Shown here: positions 24,540 to 37,266 of the stretch, one piece after another
How the letters are laid out: every line of letters starts with the position of its first letter
Position numbering within the stretch: the first letter of the stretch is position 1
Assembly (NCBI GenBank): GCA_020137815.1
Contig: CM035357.1
Location: 7,440,001 to 7,504,000, forward strand
DNA: 64,000 nucleotides
Source of the DNA: Hormiphora californensis
Taxonomy: Eukaryota > Animalia > Ctenophora
Direction: 5' to 3'
Made by a program: the position numbers and the translations under genes
Notes under the pieces: generated by a model
Told to the model about the DNA's origin: nothing
The model's database searches: none
Seen by the model: the letters and a program-made list of their open reading frames with translations, nothing else

Positions 24540-27500
24540 ATGAGTCCAGTACCAGTTACTTTGGATTATACGCCAGGCTCAGCACTCGCCTCTATTGACG
24601 CCAAAATAGCAGAAATGAAAGCTCTTATGAACAAAGTCAACCAATCAGCAGCCCGGATTTTAAAAGCTCAGCTTGGTGACATGCCCAGACCTGCACCAAA
24701 CTCAACTTCCCTTCTCACTGGGCCTGCTACTTTGGATGGTATAGCTGGACATCTCCGGAGCTGTAAGAATGTGATAGTGTTGACTGGTGCTGGTATATCT
24801 ACCTCTGCTGGAATCCCAGATTTCAGGACACCTGGCACGGGAGTGTATGATAACGTTCAGTCTTATCTGGATAAATACAATGTGGACAATGCCATGGAGC
24901 TGTTCAGTTACAAGCTCTTTCAGGAGGACCCAGTACCATTTTATTCCCTGTGTAAGGATGTTAAATATCCCGCTGAGACAGCTAAACCTACCCTGGCTCA
25001 CTATTTTATTCGGTTGCTAAGCGACAAAGGAGTCCTCCTTAGGAACTACACACAGAATATTGATATGCTACAAAGTAAAACTGGTATGTGTCCAGGCCGA
25101 AATATAACAGCGTTGTAAAATTTTATATTAACCACGTCTCACGTCCCCAAATATGGTTAGACTTTAGAACTAAACCATAAACTACACTAAAATTCAGGAG
25201 GTTTTTAAAGACAGGTTACCTGAATTTGAACCCTCGTGTTCTCCTAGGAATACCCGACGAGAAAGTGTTTGAAGTGCACGGCTCATTCCGATCGGGCCGG
25301 TGTACTAAGTGTCCTGCGACATACACAGAAGGAGAGGTATGATATATTGAGCATCATAACAACTGGTTACCATGGTAACACAATTCTCTCTCTCTCCCAG
25401 CTGAAAGAGTACATCATGTCAGGGGAGGTGGGGTATTGTACTGATTGTTACCATGGTAACATTATTCTCTCTCTCCCAGCTGAAAGAGTACATCATGTCA
25501 GGGGAGGTGGGGTATTGTACTGATTGTTACCATGGTAACACAATTCTCTCCCAGCTGAAAGAGTACATCATGTCAGGGGAGGTGTGGTATTGTACTGATT
25601 GTTACCATGGTAACACAATTCTCTCCCAGCTGAAAGAGTACATCATGTCAGGGGAGGTGGGGTATTGTACTGATTGTTACCATGGTAACACAATTCTCTC
25701 CCAGCTGAAAGAGTACATCATGTCAGGGGAGGTGGGGTATTGTACTGATTGTAAGGGGAAACTCTAACTGAATGGCATCCCATTAATGGGATCCCATCAA
25801 CAGTAAAACTCTAACTGATAATGGACCGCAGTGATGGTTCTTTCTCTGTATTCTCTCTGTAGGCAGTACATCTATGTACTGCCTACAGAGAGAATACAGA
25901 GAAAGAACTATAGGGCATGCCCGGGCACGGGCGCGCACACAGAGAGAATACAGAGAAAGAACCATCACTGTGGTCCATTATCAGTTAGAGTTTTACTGTT
26001 GATGGGATCCCATTAATGGGATGCCATTCAATTAGAGTTTCCCCTTACCATGGTAACACAATTCTCTCCCAGCTGAAAGAGTACATCATGTCAGGGGAGG
26101 TGGGGTATTGTACTGATTGTTACCATGGTAACACAATTCTCTCCCAGCTGAAAGAGTACATCATGTCAGGGGAGGTGGGGTATTGTACTGATTGTTACCA
26201 TGGTAACACAATTCTCTCCCAGCTGAAAGAGTACATCATGTCAGGGGAGGTGGGGTATTGTACTGATTGTTACCATGGTAACACAATTCTCTCACAGCTG
26301 AAAGAGTACATCATGTCAGGGGAGGTGGGGTATTGTACTGATTGTTACCATGGTAACACAATTCTCTCCCAGCTGAAAGAGTACATCATGTCAGGGGAGG
26401 TGGGGTATTGTACTGATTGTTACCATGGTAACACAATTCTCTCCCAGCTGAAAGAGTACATCATGTCAGGGGAGGTGGGGTATTGTACTGATTGTTACCA
26501 TGGTAACACAATTCTCTCCCAGCTGAAAGAGTACATCATGTCAGGGGAGGTGGGGTATTGTACTGATTGTTACCATGGTAACACAATTCTCTCTCTCTCA
26601 GCTGAAAGAGTACATCATGTCAGGGGAGGTGGGGTATTGTACTGATTGTTACCATGGTAACACAATTCTCTCCCAGCTGAAAGAGTACATCATGTCAGGG
26701 GAGGTGGGGTATTGTACTGATTGTTACCATGGTAACACAATTCTCTCCCAGCTGAAAGAGTACATCATGTCAGGGGAGGTGGGGTATTGTACTGATTGTT
26801 ACCATGGTAACACAATTCTCTCCCAGCTGAAAGAGTACATCATGTCAGGGGAGGTGGGGTATTGTACTGATTGTTACCATGGTAACACAATTCTCTCTCT
26901 CCAGCTGAAAGAGTACATCATGTCAGGGGAGGTGGGGTATTGTACTGATTGTTACCATGGTAACACAATTCTCTCCCAGCTGAAAGAGTACATCATGTCA
27001 GGGGAGGTGGGGTATTGTACTGATTGTTACCATGGTAACACAATTCTCTCCCAGCTGAAAGAGTACATCATGTCAGGGGAGGTGGGGTATTGTACTGATT
27101 GTTACCATGGTAACACAATTCTCTCTCCAGCTGAAAGAGTACATCATGTCAGGGGAGGTGGGGTATTGTACTGATTGTTACCATGGTAACACAATTCTCT
27201 CCCAGCTGAAAGAGTACATCATGTCAGGGGAGGTGGGGTATTGTACTGATTGTTACCATGGTAACACAATTCTCTCCCAGCTGAAAGAGTACATCATGTC
27301 AGGGGAGGTGGGGTATTGTACTGATTGTTACCATGGTAACACAATTCTCTCCCAGCTGAAAGAGTACATCATGTCAGGGGAGGTGGGGTATTGTACTGAT
27401 TGGTACCATGGTAACACAATTCTCTCCCAGCTGAAAGAGTACATCATGTCAGGGGAGGTGGGGTATTGTACTGATTGTTACCATGGTAACACAATTCTCT

Positions 27501-28570
27501 CCCAGCTGAAAGAGTACATCATGTCAGGGGAGGTGGGGTATTGTACTGATTGTTACCATGGTAACACAATTCTCTCTCAGCTGAAAGAGTACATCATGTC
27601 AGGGGAGGTGGGGTATTGTACTGATTGTTACCATGGTAACACAATTCTCTCCCAGCTGAAAGAGTACATCATGTCAGGGGAGGTGGGGTATTGTACTGAT
27701 TGTTACCATGGTAACACAATTCTCTCCCAGCTGAAAGAGTACATCATGTCAGGGGAGGTGGGGTATTGTACTGATTGTTACCATGGTAACACAATTCTCT
27801 CCCAGCTGAAAGAGTACATCATGTCAGGGGAGGTGGGGTATTGTACTGATTGTGAGGAGGGAGGTGTTATTAAACCTGGTATTGTCATGTTTGGGGAACC
27901 ACTACCTAACGTGAGTGTGAATTTAGTTCTTTAGCTACTTTTGAGAGAACACACATATTTCACTTTCTAACACATCCCAATTTAACACATCCCAAACTAA
28001 CATCCCAATTCCCCAGTCCTATATCTGCAAGATATCTGGGGACGAGGGGAAGTGTGACTTGCTGATTGTTATGGGTACCTCCCTCTCTGTCGGTCCGGTG
28101 AACCAGATACCTAACTGTGTCCCACCCTCCACTCCTCGACTACTGCTGAACATGGAAAAGGTATACACTGGTGATACTGGTGATATATGGGCCCATTTTG
28201 CAGTTTCAAATATGTCCCACTCCTGTAATAAAATTCGTGTGATACTGTTTCTAGGTATGTGTTGATGAAAGTATGAAGATGAACCTGAACGCTCCACTTT
28301 TTTTCTTCGATCACCCAGACAACAAAACGGATGTTTTTCTTGGTGAGAATCGAATCTTTTTTATCATTTAATCCTTCCTTCTTTCGTTCTATTATTGTTG
28401 GTATGTCCCTCTATTGGTGAGAGTCTAGTCATATCTTATCTCCGCCTTCCTTTTCTCTAACCCCACAATAATACCTGCCAGGTGGCCCAGTCGATGAGAG
28501 TGTCAGGGTGTTGGCTGAAAAAGTTGGATGGTTGGAAGATTTACTAGCTTTACAAAATGAAATGAACTAA
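24540..28570 (+). CDS. Class I sirtuin (SIRT2/3-like NAD-dependent deacylase), ~352 aa
   Basis: Exons 24540-25083, 25248-25336, 27806-27910, 28017-28160, 28255-28342, 28482-28570; motifs GAGISTSAGIPDFR, YTQNID, EVHGSF, CTKC/CTDC, KPGIVMFGE, IVMGTSLSV, PRLLLN. Confidence 0.9.
25367..27853 (+). repeat. 75-bp tandem repeat (~29 copies) made of the splice acceptor plus first 48 nt of sirtuin exon 3
   Basis: Unit TACCATGGTAACACAATTCTCTCCCAG|CTGAAAGAGTACATCATGTCAGGGGAGGTGGGGTATTGTACTGATTGT; only the last copy continues into EEGGVIKPG. Confidence 0.95.
25755..26044. mobile_element. PIF/Harbinger-like palindromic MITE inserted in the sirtuin array
   Basis: TIR GGGGAAACTCTAA with long near-perfect arms; TAA/TTA flanks; related copy at 44716-44973. 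Confidence 0.88.
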
Positions 28571-29430
28571 CTTCTCTCCCTTACAAACTAAAGACATTCC
28601 TGCGTGAGTTGTGACTAAAAACATTATACAATTGACATACATGACGTGTTAATTATGTACCGGATATATATTTTCAGCTGTTTTTTAATGTGTGTGAAAT
28701 GTGAATAGTATATATATAGTGTAACATCTAAGTTTATTGATAAAGATTTGTAGACAGTTTGCGAAAATGGTGTCTGATGTTTGTTAATTTTGTACAGTAA
28801 GTGTAATGTACTTAAAGTTTGAAGTTTCTGTGCTAGATACTTTTGTTTCTATTCGTTTCTTACTCAACCAGCACTTTGTGCTACATCTTCCAGATGAGAA
28901 CCCAGTTGACCGTCTTGATCTGTGTCCCCTTCTGTTTTGATTTCAAACCTGAGTGTTAGGGTTGGTCCCAACAGTTGGTAGATCATCAGAAGAACGTTGT
29001 CTCATATAAGACCGTCCTTGTGCGTTATCCGATGTACAGTCAGTGCCTGACAAATTCGATGGGTTTGGTATTATTGCTGTCTGCTAAATCAATATCAAGG
29101 CATCGTGTTCTGCTAACATCTCTCTCTATCTTTCTCTCCTCTCTTTTCTCCCTCTCTTTCTTTCCCTCTCCCCCTCTCCTTTTCTCAGCAGATGATGTTA
29201 CAATAACAAACTATTTTGCGGTTTACTTTGTTTCAACCAGCTATCTTTCTCAACGACTTACAGTTCTCTCATCTTGACCGGGAACTGGGAAGTCAGATGT
29301 TATATCCCACACGTGATCCCGGATCTGATCCTTGGTTATGGCGCGGGATCAGAACACTGATATATGTGATCTGATCCCTCAGCTTGGTTGCTTGCTTTGT
29401 GTAACATTTTTTTCAGATTAGGATTACAAA

Positions 29431-29899
29431 ATGACAGACTCACTAATCGATGATATCTCTATTCTGAAGACAGCGGAAGAAGTTAAAGAAGAGGTTAGTA
29501 GCCTTGCTAGTTGCTATTGAGGAGGTGCATCTACTACTGCAGACGTTCATCTAACTAACTAAATAACTAAAATTTGACCCTTACAGATTTATAAAAGAAC
29601 GACTTTCTACGGTTCTAAGATCAATGTTCTGGAAGATAAAAAGAGGAAAGCAATAAACCGGATTAAAACTGAGTGTTACGTGTACAGCTCTGGCAAGGTA
29701 AACAGTGCAGTTGAGGTGGAGATTATTGTTTGGGAATCAGAAAATGGGTACATTAATCCCCGGGACAAGATTGCAGAACTTTGTGAAGAACAGAAGAACT
29801 TGGATTCATCCATTGAACTCTTAAAGGTGAGACTGCACTGCATATAATCAATAGATAAGCCAGTATGATGCAAGTATAATCTATCCATCTATCTATCCG

Positions 29900-29974
<75 letters not shown>

Positions 29975-31622
29975 CTATCTCTATCTCTATCTCTATCTCT
30001 ATCTCCCTCTCCCTATCTTCCAGTCACTATTGACGTTTCTATTTCCCTATTTCAGAAGAAATATACGGATACAACAGATACCACTGATCTGAAAAGGCAG
30101 CTATCATCACTAGATCAACAGGTCCGTGCAAATACCTTTTGGGTGTGCTAGACTAGTACAGTCGGACCCCGATTTAGTGGCATCCTCGGGGGAAAGATTT
30201 CTGTTCACTAAATCGGGGTTTCCACTAAATCGGGGTTTCCACTAAATCGGGGTTTCCACTAAATCGGGGTCCGACTGTAACTGGTTGCTTAAATAGGCTA
30301 CATTACATCATGGATCATGAATCATGATTGCTAAGTGTATTACTAAAATGACTGTACATTCCAGAAAGATAATATTGTCTGCCTGCTTGAAATACATAAT
30401 CTTACTCGGGAGATGTGGCAACTGAATGATATGCGTGGTTACCGGTGCAATCCACTAATGAAACGACTACAAAAACTAGAAGGAGGGTGGGGTGACGGTC
30501 CTTACGATGACTATGATGATCTAGAGGACCTAGAGCTAGATCCTCTGATGCTAGATGAAGACGAACTAAAGGAACTAGAAGAAGAAAAGAAGAAAAAAGA
30601 ATTAGAAGAAGAAGAAAAAAGAGAACTAGAAAAAGAAGAGCTAGAAAAGGACCTTCGTGGATTAAAAAGTCATGATGAAATCGAGCGTGAGCTCAGGAAA
30701 GTATGTTCCATCCATCATTGTATTTTTCATACTAAATTACTTTGAAAAGTACAACGATTACTAATACATACTGTGTGGAGAGTTTGAACAACTTGTGCGT
30801 GTCTCTTTCTTTTTGAGGTATGTAGTGATATAGTTTTCAAAAAAACTAACACTAACTTCTTAGCTTGATGAAATGGACGAAACTATTACGCGGAATATAG
30901 AAAATCAGCTGACTGGAAAAAGAGAAGATCACGTAAGTACGATACAAACCAAAGCAGGCGAATAGACGCAGGACACTCGCTGTAAAAAGCAAATGTCCAT
31001 ATAAAATGCATTGAAAGTTGTGTTGTGTTCATTGACAACACATAATATTATATAACATTCCACTTTCCAGGTATCGAACAGCTTTTCTTTTTATATGCCT
31101 GCACGATCATATCCCCTACATTATTCTTCAGATGATTTCCAAATGTGATAGACTACGGATAACAAAGGGCATTTATCAAGGTCTAGTGGAAGCCCTTGGC
31201 GATGGTGATGAAGAAAGGAAGTTGAGTCTTGAAAGAAGTGCCCAGGATGCACTCAGGAGAATCGAAGAGATAGAAAATGGAGAAATCATAGGCACCGTAC
31301 AGGTAGACTACACATGAATCAGTTAATGGCAGGTTGATGGCTTGGAATGTGCCAATTATATATATTATTATCAGACTTTCATAAGGTTTTTTTTGTTAAT
31401 TCGCATGTAATTTGTTTATTCACATGTTTTTATCAGATTGAGGGACGATCGGTCATTATCTCACAAGATTATCAAGAAATCATAGTAGAAATGAGAATGG
31501 GTGCGGATGAAGATTTGGCTGGCCAGATTAAAAAGGTGGAAAGACAAAAGTTAAAAGAAGAAAGGGCGAAATTGGAAAAAAAGCGACAGGCACTTTTGAA
31601 GAAACGGATGGAATCCCTCTAG
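29431..31622 (+). CDS. Uncharacterised coiled-coil protein, 7 exons, ~376 aa
   Basis: Exons 29431-29493, 29587-29826, 30056-30121, 30365-30700, 30864-30932, 31132-31302, 31437-31622; all GT-AG, all phase 0, open frame, E/K-rich. Confidence 0.8.
30159..30277. mobile_element. Tc1/pogo-like MITE (intronic)
   Basis: TIR CAGTCGGACCCCGATTTAGTGG, TA flanks. Confidence 0.88.
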
Positions 31623-31987
31623 TTGTGCTAAATAGGGATGTCATCCTGATATGATGGTAAACTGAGTAGATAAAAGATACAACTTTTCTGACAAAGCGAA
31701 ATAAACAATAAATCCTAATAAATGGAAAATTAACCAAAGTCTGTATTGTATTGCATTTTTCTTTTCAAAATTCATTGATTGATTAAGTGAAACATTTATT
31801 ATTTAAAAAACGTGACGTATAGTTATATTCTAAGTATAATGTATATACATTACGTGATATAAATCTCTGTGCTTTTTGTGTGTTAATCAGACATTGGACA
31901 AACCCCGGGGGTTCTCATAGTCCTCTCTCCTTCCTTCTCTTACCCCCCAATAACTTAATCCCCCAATCACTCACTCGTTCTCTCACA

Positions 31988-32061
<74 letters not shown>

Positions 32062-34394
32062 TTCAATATCTCACTCTCCCAATATCTCTGTCTCTTCTCT
32101 TTTCCTTCCTGCAAATAAAATTCGATGCATAGAAGTACACATGCAGTGATTGTGGGAATTAGGCTTGAGAGACTGGGAGAGACTGCTCACTGCATATTTC
32201 TCAAAGCTGGACACACCTCTCACTTTCTCACACCTCTCTTTCATCTCCCTTTGTATCTTTATCGAATTTTTTAAGGTTTCCTTTATTCGTTCTGTTTGTT
32301 GAAAGTTGAAGTAACACTTTTTAACGGCCGAAATCTCGAGTTCACTGAGAATGTAGACTTTTTAGATAAAGAGTCCGCCCTGTGTAGACTTTTGGACATA
32401 GAGTCCTCCGAAGTTGTCTCTCTCCGACCCTCTGTTATCCCTCCCTTTTCTCACAGAACCGGTTCTCTAAGAAAGATAGTGAGAGATGGAGCGAGAGAGA
32501 GAGAGAGGTTTTCTAATTTGTTTTCTGACTAACGTTGCACGAGCTCTCCATCTCTTGCCCTTCTCGTATTTCACGACATAGTCTACCGCGACCAACAAAC
32601 CCCAGCCAGCCCTACCTACCACCACGGACTAGCAACAAAGGACCAGCCACCTACATCCCCTACCTACATTCTCAAATCAGATAAGATCGTTCATTCTATA
32701 TTCTTTGGTTACTATTTATTATTGTTGTTATCTGGACGTGTTCTGCTGGAAGGGTGGCCAGTATTTAGGGTACGGCGTCCTCTTATTTCGTGGTCCCTTG
32801 GCCTCTGTCTCCCTCCCTGGGTTGGCTACGGCTTCTCTGCCCCCCCCCCTCCCCAGTTTCCTCATTATTTTCCTTTTCTTTTCTGTGCTGGTAAGCGCAA
32901 AGTTGTCATTTCAGCCTTTCCGTCTTAGGTATCTAGTTCTGGGCTGTTTGATAGGTTGTCTGTCTTTGCAGTCGTGCCTTTCAGGGTTTTTTAGGCTTAG
33001 TTTTTCTTGGGGCCGTAGTCTTGGGGTTCCAGTTCCTGTGTTCTCTTATATCACACTCACCTTTTAGTCCTTAGAATTTAGATCTCACCCACTCACCAGG
33101 TCTTATTTTGGAATTTCCTGTTTTATATTTATTCCTTTCTCATCAAGAGTTGAGTTCTTTCCCTTATAACATGGGTGCTTGTGGTGGGGGTGCAGTGTCA
33201 GTGGAAATGGGTAAGACGAGCCAGATCAGACTCTGATTTGGCTCGTCTTACCGTTTTGATTCAGAACGCCAGATTGACAGCACGTGTGTCCTCACTGAGT
33301 CGACACTGTAGTATTTGTGTATTTCAATTATGTATCTGTATTTCGGCAACCGTCGTATGCCGTGTTGTTGAGACGCCGTATTCCCACTACAAGCAGCACT
33401 GTAATACTCTTTATCTCAGCTTCTGTTTTCCAGTAGCATAGGTATTCATCTAACCCTTTCGCTTTTCTCTGTACACCGTACAATTGTACGCTCTCGACCT
33501 CCGAGCATAGTGGCATCCTCATTTGTCTGTTAGTTGTTAGCTAGTAGCTGAGTTAGGAGAGTAGTAGAGTCCCGAGTAGAACTTCTCTTTCAGGTCCCAG
33601 GCGTACCAGTAGCACCGCCATTTTTGACTGACTCTGGCTGATAGCCTTACAATTAAGGACCACCTCCGTACTGACTTGCTACACTCGCAAAGGAAAAACG
33701 TTACCTATCCAGACCGAATACTGATTCAATCAGTTGATCCTGTCAACGGCCCCTGCATTCCCTCATGAATAATTCCTTCCCCTGGTGTTCATCTTTCCAG
33801 GGCATCTAGTGATCCCCGCATCAAGTTTACCATCGTACTCGTCTCCTTCTCACCCACTTCATCCTACCCCTCCTTCGGTTGCTCCAGTTATCCCTTGGTT
33901 CCTTTCTCACCCTCCTGTTCTCAGGTTCAACTATCCAGCCCGCTCATTTCTATTCCCTCCTTCTCAGATGTAATTTAATCCAGGGCAGAATTCCTCTCTC
34001 CCAGTATGTAATCATCTGCTCTCCCAACTATGGTTTAGCCTGATTATGTGACATCTGTCCCAATCGTGATAATTCGTTTACTGGAACATCCATCTCTGAT
34101 GTCAATTAGCTGAAGATTGCCGATGTAACCTTTTCCGGGTCCCACTGTATACCCTCCATCTATCTCTATCTCACCCCCTGGGACTACCGCCTACTCTTCT
34201 TTCCCTGACAGGGTTACCCTGCTCATATGTCTTTTTCAGTATTGCCCCTAACTACCTTTTCCGCCTTTTTCCTATTATGGTGATTGTATTTTCCAATTAC
34301 GAATTATATTTTCAACACTACTTTCCTTGACAGGGCTACCCTGCTCGCATGTCACTTTTCGGTGATGGTCCTAACGACCATTTCCGCACCCCCA

Positions 34395-35145
34395 ATCATT
34401 GTACCACTCACACCTAGTTCATTTTGCAGTTATCCTGCCTAGTGCCTATCATTTTACCAGTCACAACTAGTTCATTCGGCAGTTACCCTGCCTATCATTG
34501 TACCAGTCACACCTAGTTCATTCTGCAGTTATACTGCCTAGTGCCTATCATTTTACCAGTCACAACTAGTTCATCCGGCAGTTACCCTGTCTATCATTGT
34601 ACCACTCACACCTAGTTCATTCTGCAGTTATCCTGCCTATCATTTTACCAGTCACAACTAGTTCATTCGGCAGTTACCCTGCCTATCATTGTACCAGTCA
34701 CACCTAGTTCATTCTGCAGTTATCCTGTCTATCATTGTACCACTCACACCTAGTTCATTCTGCAGTTATCCTGCCTATCATTTTACCAGTCACAACTAGT
34801 TCATTCGGCAGTTACCCTGCCTATCATTGTACCAGTCACACCTAGTTCATTCTGCAGTTACCCTGTCTATCATTGTACTAGTCACACCTAGTTCATTCTG
34901 CAGTTACCCTGCCTATCAATTGTACCAGTCACACCTAGTTCATTCTGCAGTTACCCTGCATATCATTGTACCACTCACACCTAGTTCATTTTGCAGTTAC
35001 CCTGCCAATCATAGCACTAGTGACGCATAGTTCATTTTGCAGTTACCCCACCTATCATTGAACCACTCACACCTAGTTTATTCTGCAGTTACCCTGCCTA
35101 GCATTGTATACTAGTCACACCTAGTCCATTTTGCAGTTACCCTAC
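34395..35145 (+). repeat. ~41-bp minisatellite
   Basis: Variants of ATCATTGTACCAGTCACACCTAGTTCATTCTGCAGTTACCCTGCCT. Confidence 0.88.
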
Positions 35146-35165
35146 CTACCATATCTCCCTCTCCC

Positions 35166-35626
35166 TCTCTCTCCCTCTCTCACTCTCGCTATCGTCGATA
35201 TGATGATAGGAGCCAGCCGGGATGTTATCTTTATATGCAATGTGTATATTGATTTTATCCTATTTCTTACCATCCTCTCTTCCCTCAATCCCCAACCTCG
35301 TCCCCTACCTCCCACTTCCCTTCTTCCTAGTCCTAACCCGGTGTCTGACACCCTCCCCTCTACTCAAACCAAGACGACAGACGCATTGGCAAGACGGCAC
35401 TCCAGTGGGCCCCAACAGCACTCCACTGGGCCCAAATGACATTACCCATGACAAGCAGTGGGCTCCCCCTTACACTTTGGCACATATTCGGATTCCTGAT
35501 TGAATACTACCGAAGTGTCTGTAAGGTGTGGCGGTCCGGGTGATGTTGACCATGCCGGGAGCATGTGTCTCGGTTGTCAGGTGCAATTCACCTGGTTTCC
35601 GTTTTGGCAAACCTCAGCTTAGTATC

Positions 35627-35647
<21 letters not shown>
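35166..35647 (+). mobile_element. ~470-bp retroposon-like repeat (copy 2) with long poly-A then (GA)n
   Basis: Matches 4704-5175; ~20-nt A-run. Confidence 0.75.
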
Positions 35648-35720
<73 letters not shown>

Positions 35721-37266
35721 CGAGAGAGAGAGTGAGACAGAGAGTGAGAGAAACGAGATGGAGAGAGATAGAGTAAGAAGGGGCCGTCTCACACACGGTA
35801 CGTTTTAACCAGGAAACAACAATTAGATCGGTATTGTATTAGTGTAGAGAGAGGGGAGAGAGAGTTTAGTTTTAGACTTCACGTCCCTTTTTGTTTGTCA
35901 TGGCCGTTAATTCCGTTTTTCAAAAGTCAGATTTGCACGAGATCTGCAGTGGGTTTTATATATTGTGGGAACTGGGATGTTGCAATGTACCACTTCCTTT
36001 CTCTATCCAGTTTGAATTCATTTCCTCTGCTGCTCTGTCGCTCTCTTTCTCTGTCGCTCTCTTTCTCTGTCGCTCTGTCTACCATCTCTCTCTGCCTCTC
36101 TCACTCTCCCAGATATTCATCACGCCCCATTGTTAGGAACATTGCAGAGTGCAGTATTCTTCTACCTTTCCGTGTGCAATGGGGTGTGTCATTTTAGTGA
36201 CTGGTGTGTCATTTTAGTGATTGGGGTTCTTTTTTCTCACAAATTTATATCTCACACAAACAGGGGGTTGGTTATAATGATACTCGAAGGGTGCTCCCTG
36301 GAGGGTGCCAGGGTAACCATATCCCACTTACATATTTTTCTCTCCCTCATTTGATTTGTCATGAGCAAACTCTCTCACGATCTTCTACCCCCTTTTAGCA
36401 AGATAACATTTCCAATCACCATTCTTTGTGTGAGCCACCGTTAGCATCTGATTTCATAGTTAGTGGTGGTGGTGGTGGTACAGATAGGTTATAGCGTGCC
36501 AAACTCTGCCCGTTAGGGCAGAACGACATTGCAACCTCGTCATAGCGTCTGTCATCGTGTTGTGGTCAGTTGATCTCATTGCATTCATATTGTCAGTCAG
36601 TCATTGTACTTGCAAGACACTTACGCAGCCCCCACGGTTAAAGGTCGGTTGCACTCTTCGCATCTCCGCCCCGTGAGGACATTGCAGTTATCTTGCGAAT
36701 AAGCAAAAAGACTAGTTAGGGGGCACATTTTCAAGCTTGGGTGGCTGTGCAGGTAGGCCTGTTCGTTTGTTTGTTACGACGACGGTCCGTCGAGTGGACA
36801 CTTCTCAAGCTTGGGTCTGGGGTAGTCTGTCTATAGTAGCTCTAATTAAATTATTGATTGGTAAGGTTTACTTCGGAATCATTATCAATGGTACACAATA
36901 GATGAACAGACAATACAGACAGATGAACTTACAGTATTTGATGTATGATTGATACCGTGATGTTGTTGGTGATGAGGTGAGAGGTGTATTCCTTTCCATT
37001 ACAGGTAAGGATAAAAGACGATCAAACACAAATAAGGCGTGGGGCAGTACCAACGTAAGGTGTGAAATGTTCTAGAAGACAAGTCGGATAATATACATAG
37101 ATAGGACCAATGATAACTGTTACACGCGATAAGCGACTTAGTGCACCAAAACACAAGGATTGTCGCTGTAGTGGCCTATGTAACAAAGTGCTCTAAATTG
37201 GGAAGGGCAGGGGTGGGGGAGGTGGGGCGGGGGTGGAGGGGGCGGGGCGGAGGGGGCGGGAGGTAG

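Noticed and set aside
25367-27853. CRISPR-like array (also 5873-6536, 34395-35145)
   Set aside because: No unique spacers, no cas genes, eukaryotic context.
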